Below, piece by piece: positions 12,161-19,524 of a stretch of DNA of 45,380 nt (position 1 is the stretch's first letter; each line of letters opens with the position of its first letter). The DNA is taken from the UHGV virus genome UHGV-0107855. One strand, written 5' to 3'. This DNA is from a virus. A program made the translations under genes and the position numbers. The notes below the pieces were generated by a model. The model was not told the origin of the DNA. It saw only the letters and a program-made list of their open reading frames with translations, and made no database searches.

Positions 12161-12430
12161 ATGACTAAGTTAATCGCCATTATCGCCGCCCTGCTGCAGA
12201 TCGTACCGGCCACCCGCACCATTTCCGGCGAGGTGTACCGCATCGACTACCCGACCGGCACGCAGGACGCGCCTATTGTTACCATCGTCACCGAGGACGG
12301 CAACGAGTGGATCACAGATGACTACATCGCACCGCGTCACACGCCGCTTGAGATCACATTCAGCACCAACAGCACCGAGGACGTAACCGATGACGAGATC
12401 ATCTCCATTACATCCACCTGGACGCGTTAA
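12161..12430 (+). CDS. Hypothetical protein with a hydrophobic N-terminus (possibly exported)
   Basis: RBS agaaagg; MTKLIAIIAALLQIVPA followed by an acidic beta-rich segment. Confidence 0.7.
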   Translation: MTKLIAIIAALLQIVPATRTISGEVYRIDYPTGTQDAPIVTIVTEDGNEWITDDYIAPRHTPLEITFSTNSTEDVTDDEIISITSTWTR

Positions 12431-12504
12431 GCATGGGAGCCTCACCGCTCCCTCTCATTCTCCCGCCCGGCTCACGCACCCGCGGCGGAAGATATAAAAA
12501 ACGC

Positions 12505-12533
12505 TTGTCACCGCACCGAATCAGCGGTACAAT
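12505..12533 (+). promoter_or_regulatory. Sigma70/A promoter
   Basis: TTGTCA-17 bp-TACAAT, with an ACCGC..GCGGT inverted repeat in the spacer. Confidence 0.75.
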
Positions 12534-12556
12534 ATACATAACAGGAGGTAACAACA

Positions 12557-12892
12557 ATGACCCTTACCAAAGAGCAGCGCGACCGTATCGCCGCAGTCGC
12601 GGAAGAATATGATTTTGATTACGCATGCATCGCAGTCCGCAAGCAGGAAGAGCCCTTCGCGCTCGGTGAGATCGACCACGTTTCCCACATCTGGGACAAC
12701 GGCGAGGACACCGGCGAGGAACTCAACGGATTATGCGGTATCAAGGTAAACGCGCTGGATGATTCCGCGCGCTATAACGGTGACTATTTCGGTCGCCACA
12801 TCGCCGTTATCGCGGGTAACTCTTACGAGTACGGCGAGGACGCAGGTGAGGTTATTATTTCCGATCCTGTTGTTATCTCCATCATCGCATAG
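12557..12892 (+). CDS. Small, highly acidic hypothetical protein
   Basis: 111 aa, D/E-rich, strong RBS aggaggt. Confidence 0.8.
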   Translation: MTLTKEQRDRIAAVAEEYDFDYACIAVRKQEEPFALGEIDHVSHIWDNGEDTGEELNGLCGIKVNALDDSARYNGDYFGRHIAVIAGNSYEYGEDAGEVIISDPVVISIIA

Positions 12893-12904
12893 GGAGGCAA
12901 TGCC

Positions 12905-13894
12905 ATGCCAACAAGAGCACCCAGAAAATGCATCTCCTGCGGTGGGGTTTTCCTGCCGCAGTACGATGATCAGGTAAAGTGCCCGGATTGCGCCGCAAAA
13001 AGCATTAAGTCCACCATGCGCCCGCGCACCTGCCGCCAGTGCGGCAAGGTGTTTGATGGTGGTCCGCGTGCGTGGTACTGCCCGGACTGCCGCGCCGAGC
13101 GCCAGCGCGAAGCAAACCGCCGTCAACGCGAGAAAGGCACCGTGCGCCCTCTTGGCTCCACCGACTTGTGCGAGGTATGCGGCAAGCCGTATATCGTCAA
13201 GTCAGCACGCCAGCGCTATTGTCCGGACTGCGCCGCCGAGGCGGTCAAAGCCGCCGATAACGCCCAGGGCCGCGCCTATATGGAGGACTACCGCAAGGAG
13301 CGCATCCGCCACACCGACCGATTTTGTAAGGTCTGCGGCGCTGAAATTCCGCCAGACAGCCCGGAAAAGTATTACTGTTCCGATGCCTGCCGCCAGAAAG
13401 CCAAACAGGAGAGCCAGCGCAAGACGGACAGCAAGCGCGGTATAACCGCCGCCCCGCCGAAGTTCGTTCCCTTTCCCAAGATCGTGGAAGCACATGCTGT
13501 CGGCTATGTTCTCCCGCCGCTGTTGCAAGCCGACGGACCATTTGAGATCGTAGAGCGCTATCGCAATGAGGACGGAGAAACCCGTTTCCGCGCACGCTGC
13601 AAAAAGTGTGGCCGCGTGATTGACCGCTCTCAAGTGTACTTTTACTCGTCCGAGGTAAAATCATGCGGTTGCGAAAGAAACCTGCACATAGGCGCAGGCA
13701 AAGCCATTTCGGCGGCGCACGCCAAAATACCGCACATCTGCATGATGTGCGGAGAGCATTTCACCGGCGGCGCGCGGTCTAAATACTGTCCTGCTTGCCG
13801 TAAAAAGCATGTAGCCGAGTTGAGCAGAGACTACTTCCGCCGTAAAGCCGGCTGGACCGAAGAAGAAATCCGTCTCGGCCACAGAATCAAATAG
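12905..13894 (+). CDS. Multi zinc-finger (CxxC..CPxC repeat) protein
   Basis: About six CxxCG..YCPDC-type modules, basic; RBS gggagg. Confidence 0.8.
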   Translation: MPTRAPRKCISCGGVFLPQYDDQVKCPDCAAKSIKSTMRPRTCRQCGKVFDGGPRAWYCPDCRAERQREANRRQREKGTVRPLGSTDLCEVCGKPYIVKSARQRYCPDCAAEAVKAADNAQGRAYMEDYRKERIRHTDRFCKVCGAEIPPDSPEKYYCSDACRQKAKQESQRKTDSKRGITAAPPKFVPFPKIVEAHAVGYVLPPLLQADGPFEIVERYRNEDGETRFRARCKKCGRVIDRSQVYFYSSEVKSCGCERNLHIGAGKAISAAHAKIPHICMMCGEHFTGGARSKYCPACRKKHVAELSRDYFRRKAGWTEEEIRLGHRIK

Positions 13895-13900
13895 CATGAC

Positions 13901-13938
13901 AAACCCCGCTCACCAAAGCCATAAGGTGAGCGGGGTTT
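13901..13938. terminator. Bidirectional terminator between the convergent Zn-finger gene and the ncRNA region
   Basis: AAACCCCGCTCACC-10 nt-GGTGAGCGGGGTTT, a perfect 14-bp stem. Confidence 0.8.
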
Positions 13939-13956
13939 ACCATTATACGACTGTTT

Positions 13957-14000
13957 CGGTTTTGCAGGACTCGCACCTGCTTTCAGCACTATGCAAACCG
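13957..14000 (-). ncRNA. tRNA-like mini element (acceptor stem plus T-arm)
   Basis: CGGUUUG..GCAGG-UGCGAGU-CCUGC-AAAACCG; no anticodon or D arm. Confidence 0.4.
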
Positions 14001-14489
14001 GTATACCTCCACAGGGAGGTATGGGCGCTATCGTCGCGTCTGTACGTCGGGCTTTTACCGAGGCTTGCGCCGCTGTCCAGAACGGTTGTATGAAATCCAG
14101 AAAGGTAATAACCTCACTTTCGCAAGTTTACTTGTGTTTCCGTCCTGATGATTAGGTTGTTTATTGCAAGAGATAAACAGACTGGTGCTCTTTCGTGGCG
14201 TGTACTTAGCCACCCGAAAGCGCCGTATCGGCTTTGTAACTTTGTTAGCAAACTGGTGTTTTGCTCTCGGCTCACTAAGTCCGTGTGAGTGCTTATCCAG
14301 CAGCACTCTCCCTCTCATTATGGGCTGTTCGGCGTTGCTCTCCGTCGTGTCGCAGTTGCTATCGGTCTGTAATCCGGCTGATTTCCTCGTAAGGTTACAG
14401 CGGGGAGCGACCCCGGTCGCGGCGTGCCTGCAAGCACCCGCTGAACTCTGCAAAGCTGTTGCAGCAGCTCCGCATACGTTCGGAAACAG

Positions 14490-15057
14490 ATTGTCCGTCT
14501 TTCCGGACCGCCAGAATATTATCGTCCTCGTTGGAGGCGTTGTGCTCCCTCCGCCTCATGCAGCTTTGGGAACAGATCGCCTTGCACGTCGTCCGTCATG
14601 CAAGGCTTGCCAAAAGTCCGCCACATTGCCCTTGGCTAAAAAGGTTCCATACGTTACCCGTCCGGCCTCATGCAGCCATTCGGGCATGTTTGCGGTGACT
14701 GTTGCCCGCAGGCACCGCATCCCATTCTCAATTTTTAGCGTAAATGTTATTACTCCGTCACCCTCATGCAGGCTTTGGAGCATATCGGCGTGCCGCGCAA
14801 AAGACACGCCGAAAGAATAGAAAGGATAATCAATGCCTTCGTTCCGCGAAAGGCGTTTTGCTCCTCTGCCCTCATGCAGACTTTGGAGCAGGTCAGCGGC
14901 AGGTCTCCCCACCGCTTTAAGTAGGTATTTGGGGTTAAACAGAAAGGCTTGTCACCCGTCAGCCCTCACGCAGGCTTCCGGGCGTGTGCCCGCCTTTCGG
15001 CGGGCTGAAAGCGGAGGAACGAAACTCCGTGATTCCGCCCTTTAGGGCTTTTATCAC
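14490..15057 (-). ncRNA. Array of five 32-nt structured RNA repeats with unique spacers
   Basis: Repeats at 14543-14574, 14655-14686, 14751-14782, 14859-14890 and 14953-14984: stem, 3x3 internal loop, short stem, loop UGCRUGAG; compensatory and G-U changes. Confidence 0.75.
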
Positions 15058-15063
15058 GATATC

Positions 15064-15110
15064 ATTATACCACCATGTTTAGTATTATTGTGTATTGTGT
15101 TTTCCACAAT
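15064..15110 (-). promoter_or_regulatory. Putative activator-dependent late promoter
   Basis: Extended -10 TGGTATAAT (15072-15064), no consensus -35, ACAATA direct repeats upstream, right at the 3' end of the RinA/ArpU-like gene. Confidence 0.65.
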
Positions 15111-15111
15111 G

Positions 15112-15525
15112 TTATGCACAACCTGTGCGTATCCGTTCCACTGCCTGTAAAGCTCTTACATGCATTTCGCCCTTCACATGGGATTCGCTGTAATTCTGGT
15201 TACGCGCCACGTCCCTCCATTTGCATCCGTTTACATACCGGTCGGTTAGCAACGTCCTGAGTTCGTTGCTCGGAACTTTTGCGATCGTGCTGATAATCTC
15301 AGCCCGCACCAGCGCAAGCCGCTCCTGCTCTCGTTTGATTTGATTGTTCAATTCAATGTACGCATCAGCCTTGTTTGCAGTAACATCACCGCCACCGCCC
15401 GGCGTTTCCTTAATAGTCGCCGTTGCACTCGTCGCTCGTGTCCATGCTTTTACACGAGCGTTTTCCAACGACGCAATGTTGTTCTCGATTCCTACGGCAC
15501 GCAAAAGCCATTCTTTAGTCGTCGT
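15112..15525 (-). CDS. RinA/ArpU-like late transcriptional activator
   Basis: RTLLTDRYVNGCKWRDVARNQNYSESHV..HVRAL sigma-r4-like HTH; last gene of the early module. Start uncertain (ACG 15525 or TTG 15504). Confidence 0.75.
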   Translation of the reverse strand, partial: TTTKEWLLRAVGIENNIASLENARVKAWTRATSATATIKETPGGGGDVTANKADAYIELNNQIKREQERLALVRAEIISTIAKVPSNELRTLLTDRYVNGCKWRDVARNQNYSESHVKGEMHVRALQAVERIRTGCA

Positions 15526-15730
15526 GTGCCACTACCTCCTCCATGCCGCGCTGTGTATATCGCCTACGACGGCTTATTCTCGCCGCCTTGCGGACGCAAC
15601 CCACACCCGGTTCACATCCGCGCGATTTCCCCGTGTCTATCAAATAATGACACGCCCATAGCTTAGAGCCTTGGCTTGTACCCAGTACCCGCCAGTATGC
15701 GCACCCAGCGCATTCGCTTTTCTTTTTCAT
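15515..15730 (-). CDS. Small Cys-rich hypothetical protein
   Basis: CAGCAYW..ACHY..RGC..C; translationally coupled with its neighbours. Confidence 0.65.
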   Translation of the reverse strand: MKKKSECAGCAYWRVLGTSQGSKLWACHYLIDTGKSRGCEPGVGCVRKAARISRRRRYTQRGMEEVVAHDD

Positions 15731-15996
15731 GCTAATGCTATTCCATTCTCCCGCAGTTCTTCAATCAGATCGTCGATTTTAACGTATTTTCGGGCGATAC
15801 TGTCTGCGAGGTAGTTTGTTTCGTCCCATATCCGCCGTAATCGGTCATAGTCGTACCCTTCTTTATCCCGTAGAACGCTAAACATAATTGCCCATGTAGA
15901 CGCAACCGACGTGTTCGTTGCGTCGCGTTTGGCTTTTTCTATGTCGCCCTGCGTCGCCGGTATTCGGTATGGGTTGACTTTCTTTTTCTTCGCCAT
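15727..15996 (-). CDS. Hypothetical phage protein
   Basis: RBS ggaggt; MAKKKKVNPYRIPATQGD. Confidence 0.7.
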   Translation of the reverse strand: MAKKKKVNPYRIPATQGDIEKAKRDATNTSVASTWAIMFSVLRDKEGYDYDRLRRIWDETNYLADSIARKYVKIDDLIEELRENGIALA

Positions 15997-16065
15997 TTCC
16001 GTACCTCCAATTTTCATACCGCCGCATCTCGTCCAGATACTGTCGCATCTCCGCGCTATACCGCT

Positions 16066-16380
16066 TCACTCGTCCATCCGCTCCAACATATCAAGGTACT
16101 TTCTCGCCATCGCCGCCACCTGAATTGCCTCGCAAGCCGCCGCTTCGGCGTACTGTTCAACGAGATCCACATGCTGCGCCGTCGGGATACCGTCACGGAT
16201 ACGGTGCCAAAGCTGCTCCATCGCCATCTCGATACTGTCGCATTCTTCCCGCAGTTCCTCGGCTTCCTCCGTAATGATTGCCCATCCTTCGTGCTCCGAG
16301 TGGAACTGCGGAAAACGCTCATTTGCGCTTTCCAGTTCCTTTTCAACGAGCATCTTTACGTCTTCACTTACTGCATTCAT
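16066..16380 (-). CDS. MazG-like nucleotide pyrophosphatase-fold protein
   Basis: FHSEHEGWAIITEEAEE..EAIQVAAMA motif. Confidence 0.6.
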   Translation of the reverse strand: MNAVSEDVKMLVEKELESANERFPQFHSEHEGWAIITEEAEELREECDSIEMAMEQLWHRIRDGIPTAQHVDLVEQYAEAAACEAIQVAAMARKYLDMLERMDE

Positions 16381-16393
16381 TATTTTCTTCCTT

Positions 16394-16759
16394 TCAAACA
16401 CAAATCATCGGCGGGTGCGGAATCTCCGTATCTACCGGTCTCCACAGGTGCAGGCAGTACGGATGGTTGTTTATATACTCCGACTTAGGCGGGTGGAACT
16501 GCATAACGCGCTCATCCTCGCCGAAAAACATATCCTTAATAGCGCACATCTCGTCCCACGTCGGGCAGCACTTGCGCTGTGCAGAGCCGGGCGAAACGCT
16601 GACGTGCTCCCATCCCATGCCGTTGCTTGCGATCACCCGGAACGACTTGCCGCCGACATACACCTTGAAAACACCGTTCCCGCTGTCGCCGGTGCAGCCG
16701 TAAAACTCGCGTTCTCTGTCTTTCAGCCGGAACTTGTCCAACTTGTGCAGGTCAATCAT
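16394..16759 (-). CDS. Conserved phage hypothetical protein
   Basis: GWEHVSVS..CPTWDEMC.IKDMFF..HPYCLHLW motif. Confidence 0.75.
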   Translation of the reverse strand: MIDLHKLDKFRLKDREREFYGCTGDSGNGVFKVYVGGKSFRVIASNGMGWEHVSVSPGSAQRKCCPTWDEMCAIKDMFFGEDERVMQFHPPKSEYINNHPYCLHLWRPVDTEIPHPPMICV

Positions 16760-17066
16760 TCTGTACACCTCCATAATGTTCAACAATATACTGGTTCGCC
16801 GTGGTTTCCGGCGCGGTTTTCCATGCAATCAAGTCGGGCACACTCGAAAGCAAAATCATGCTGATGAGAATCAAAAGCGCAAACTTCGGCACAGCGAACT
16901 CGCTGTCCAGATACGCACCAACAAAAATAACTGCGATCGCAAGAACAGCTGCCAACGCTCCCAGAATAACAAACGCAGTTGTCTTTACCGTTCCCTGTGC
17001 CACAACCTCCTGCACCAGTGTTTCTGGCGCAACGCCCATCTGGGCGGCGATTTCAGCGACGGTCAT
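16752..17066 (-). CDS. Hypothetical membrane protein
   Basis: Two hydrophobic segments; overlapping start/stop with neighbours. Confidence 0.65.
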   Translation of the reverse strand: MTVAEIAAQMGVAPETLVQEVVAQGTVKTTAFVILGALAAVLAIAVIFVGAYLDSEFAVPKFALLILISMILLSSVPDLIAWKTAPETTANQYIVEHYGGVQND

Positions 17067-17311
17067 TCTTCCACCGCCTCATACGTCTTTGCGAACACAT
17101 CAGGCTTGCAGGGGTAGTATTCGCCGTTTACGCCCTTGATGATGTAGTCGCCAACAGATGCCAGCATAGTTCCCTCAAGAGTTAAAACAAGGAACATTTT
17201 CTTGTTCTCACTCCACACGACTTTCATTCCACAAAACTTGTCGATTTCCGTCTGGTTCTTGCCCGTCCACCGGATAGCCTCAACCACAATAGGTTTCTTT
17301 CTGTACTTCAT
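17063..17311 (-). CDS. Conserved phage protein (KKPxxVEA..TLEG..GDYIIKG..YPCKPD family)
   Basis: Characteristic motif; coupled ORF. Confidence 0.8.
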   Translation of the reverse strand: MKYRKKPIVVEAIRWTGKNQTEIDKFCGMKVVWSENKKMFLVLTLEGTMLASVGDYIIKGVNGEYYPCKPDVFAKTYEAVEE

Positions 17312-17844
17312 TCCGTTACTCCCTCACATTCCGCCCCGCAAGCCGCATAGCCTGCAAGATCAATCCAACTGTCAGCCTTTCCGCCGCCTGCTGCAATGCG
17401 TGCAATCTTGAGCAGCGCCATCATTACAGCAACGTCCTTTGCCTCTACGCGCACGTTCACGCCCCTTGTGCAGGCTTTATTAAGATACGCCTCCCACAGT
17501 TCCGCGATCGTCTCAAAATTATCCTCCGGCGTGCCGTAGTCCTGCTCGCGCTGTCCGCATACGCACTTCTCCGCCGCGTGCAGGATGTCCGCACGGGTCA
17601 GCCTGTGCTTCACGTCCTCGCTGTTTTCCTCGACTGCCTCGGCAGTGTTTGGGGTGTCGTCAATCACTTCAAAGTCGAGTAAGTGCGCCACCTCCTCCGG
17701 ATTTTCATTCGCGTATTCTTCGCAGCATTTCGTACCTCTCTTGCGATATAACACACAACCAAAGCAATACCGCTTTTTTTGGCAATGCTCACCGACCACC
17801 GACCCAATGCTGCCGTACACCTTGCCATCTTTTTTAAACTTCAT
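17308..17844 (-). CDS. Hypothetical protein with a C-terminal DUF6378-like domain
   Basis: REQDYGTPEDNF..IAELW..MMALLKIAR..DSWIDLAGYAAC. Confidence 0.7.
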   Translation of the reverse strand: MKFKKDGKVYGSIGSVVGEHCQKKRYCFGCVLYRKRGTKCCEEYANENPEEVAHLLDFEVIDDTPNTAEAVEENSEDVKHRLTRADILHAAEKCVCGQREQDYGTPEDNFETIAELWEAYLNKACTRGVNVRVEAKDVAVMMALLKIARIAAGGGKADSWIDLAGYAACGAECEGVTE

Positions 17845-18163
17845 CGTCTTCCTCTTCTTCGCGGCAATCCTCAATCACAACGATATCGTAGGCAATAGCG
17901 CACAAGTTCTCGATTTGGCATCCACGGTACTTATCCCAGTCCTTCGCAAAATAAGCAACGTCAGCCGTAGACAGCAGTTCCAGCGATTTTGCTAGATACC
18001 AAAGCGGACGCGCGTCATGTGGCGCGTTCTGAAAAAACGAATCAATCACTTCCACTGGCTCACCGAGTTCACGCTCTGCGGATTCGATAGCCTTTGCGCG
18101 GACTGCGAGAATTTCCTCGTCCGTCTTATCCTTCATAGGCTGAGAAATAAATAACTTTTTCAT
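17834..18163 (-). CDS. Nucleoside deoxyribosyltransferase-like / DUF4406-like protein
   Basis: KLFISQPM..LAKSLELLSTADVAYF..W..RGC.IE. Confidence 0.6.
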   Translation of the reverse strand: MKKLFISQPMKDKTDEEILAVRAKAIESAERELGEPVEVIDSFFQNAPHDARPLWYLAKSLELLSTADVAYFAKDWDKYRGCQIENLCAIAYDIVVIEDCREEEEDDEV

Positions 18164-18444
18164 TCTTTGTCCTCCTTATTCATCTTTGCCCCGCAGTTGG
18201 GGCAGTACGGCTTGCGATAAGTTCGTTCTCTGCCACTTTCGCAGATAGCAACAACTTCGTCGCAGTTTGTACAATACCAATCACCGTCCGCATCTCGCTC
18301 CCACCGCCCATGCACCACCGGCGCAACATCGGCGGCGGGCGGCGAGGCAACAATCTCCATTGCCATGGCACCGTCGGAACCGTCCACCCATTTCGCCGCC
18401 ATCACCGCTCTTATGGCAGTATCTCGCTTAATGTATTCAGCCAT
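18160..18444 (-). CDS. Zinc-ribbon phage protein
   Basis: PAADVAPVVHGRW..CTNC..YCPNCGAKM. Confidence 0.75.
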   Translation of the reverse strand: MAEYIKRDTAIRAVMAAKWVDGSDGAMAMEIVASPPAADVAPVVHGRWERDADGDWYCTNCDEVVAICESGRERTYRKPYCPNCGAKMNKEDKE

Positions 18445-18820
18445 TTTCGCACCCCTTTCCCAAATGAGTTGCACTTTTCTGCTTCTCAAAGTAAAACTCA
18501 ATCGGCTTTTCATTCTCGATCACATTCCCGTAAACTACGCCAACCTTATAGATGTAATTTTCGCGCAGCTTTCTCGGAATTTCCGCGATGTAGCGCCGGA
18601 ATGTTTCCAGCGTATTGGCTCGCTTGTAATGATTGCACATTCGACAGGACGGCATGAGATTCGAAATATCATCTGTCCCCGCATCTTCAATTCTCCATGC
18701 CCTCAGAGGGAGAAAATGATCTACTTGCATATCTTTGTATGCAATCTCTCTGCCGCAATAAGCACAGTGTCCGTCGTATTTGCGGTATACTTCTTCGCGG
18801 ATTTTCTTACTTATCGCCAT
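18437..18820 (-). CDS. HNH endonuclease
   Basis: CAYCG..MQVDHFLP..NLMPSCRMCNHYK. Confidence 0.85.
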   Translation of the reverse strand: MAISKKIREEVYRKYDGHCAYCGREIAYKDMQVDHFLPLRAWRIEDAGTDDISNLMPSCRMCNHYKRANTLETFRRYIAEIPRKLRENYIYKVGVVYGNVIENEKPIEFYFEKQKSATHLGKGCENG

Positions 18821-19400
18821 CGTTTTTCTCCCATTTCTCAACATAGCACCAACTCTGGGGCGGGCGCTTGATGTCATATGGCGCTGCGCCGAATCTCGTA
18901 TTGCGTAATCCGGTAAACTCGTTCAGTTCCCGCGGCTGGTCATAAATGCGCAGGCCGACGATATGCCAGCCGTAGCCCTGGCAATGTCCAAGATAGCCGT
19001 GCAGCTCATCGTCTGTCATAGCCACACGCAGGCCACACTTTTCTTCGGCAGCTTGCTTGTAAACGGATAGCCCCCCGGCCTTAAAAAGAAAATCCGTACT
19101 ATCCTTGTCAATCTTGTAAATCCGATCACAGGTAAATTCACCGATGACTTTGCCGTTTCCTTTATTTGCGCCTTCTGGGGTCTCTAAGTAAGCAGACACC
19201 GCCACAAGCGAGTATTTTTCTCTTGTTGGAGCGTCCAGAACCCAAAGTGCATCATGCCCAGCCATTTCCACTGTGCAGTAGATGTAGCACTTAAACGGCG
19301 TTTCCAGTTTCGGCTTGGTCTTTCTGACTTCAATGGTCTTTTCACCGCTGGCAATCTTCTCACACCACTTCGGGCGAATGCTTAACATCACAGATTTCAT
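18807..19400 (-). CDS. ASCH-domain protein
   Basis: MLSIRPKWCEKIASGEKTIEVRK..PPQSWCYV. Confidence 0.8.
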   Translation of the reverse strand: MKSVMLSIRPKWCEKIASGEKTIEVRKTKPKLETPFKCYIYCTVEMAGHDALWVLDAPTREKYSLVAVSAYLETPEGANKGNGKVIGEFTCDRIYKIDKDSTDFLFKAGGLSVYKQAAEEKCGLRVAMTDDELHGYLGHCQGYGWHIVGLRIYDQPRELNEFTGLRNTRFGAAPYDIKRPPQSWCYVEKWEKNDGDK

Positions 19401-19524
19401 TCCGTTCCTCCCATTCCTCGCACTGATCATCCTCTAACCGGAAATCCGCCCGGTGCTCGCTGTCGCCGTTGCAGCATACACCGCAGAACGGCTCGTACCA
19501 TTTGCAATCATTGCAATGATTCAT
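19360..19524 (-). CDS. Small Cys-rich protein (54 aa)
   Basis: MNHCNDCKWYEPFCGVCCNGDSEHRADF..CEEWE; ATG overlaps the MTase stop. Confidence 0.6.
   Translation of the reverse strand: MNHCNDCKWYEPFCGVCCNGDSEHRADFRLEDDQCEEWEERNEICDVKHSPEVV

Noticed and set aside
13957..14000. Bona fide tRNA gene
   Set aside because: Lacks D and anticodon arms; only a minihelix-like mimic.
14555..14880. UGCAUG as a eukaryotic RBFOX binding site
   Set aside because: Coincidental hexamer in a bacterial phage; one repeat has UGCGUG; nothing supports a eukaryotic role.
14543..14984. Canonical CRISPR array or TIGR array
   Set aside because: The repeats are conserved in structure rather than sequence, spacers are 62-80 nt with their own hairpins, and no cas or Nop-domain gene is recognisable. 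Kept as a novel array instead.
14055..15045. ORFs 14055-14453, 14164-14820, 14556-14912, 14833-15045
   Set aside because: No protein-like features, and they overlap RNA-level covarying structure. 14833 has a good RBS, so a small plus-strand peptide is not fully excluded.
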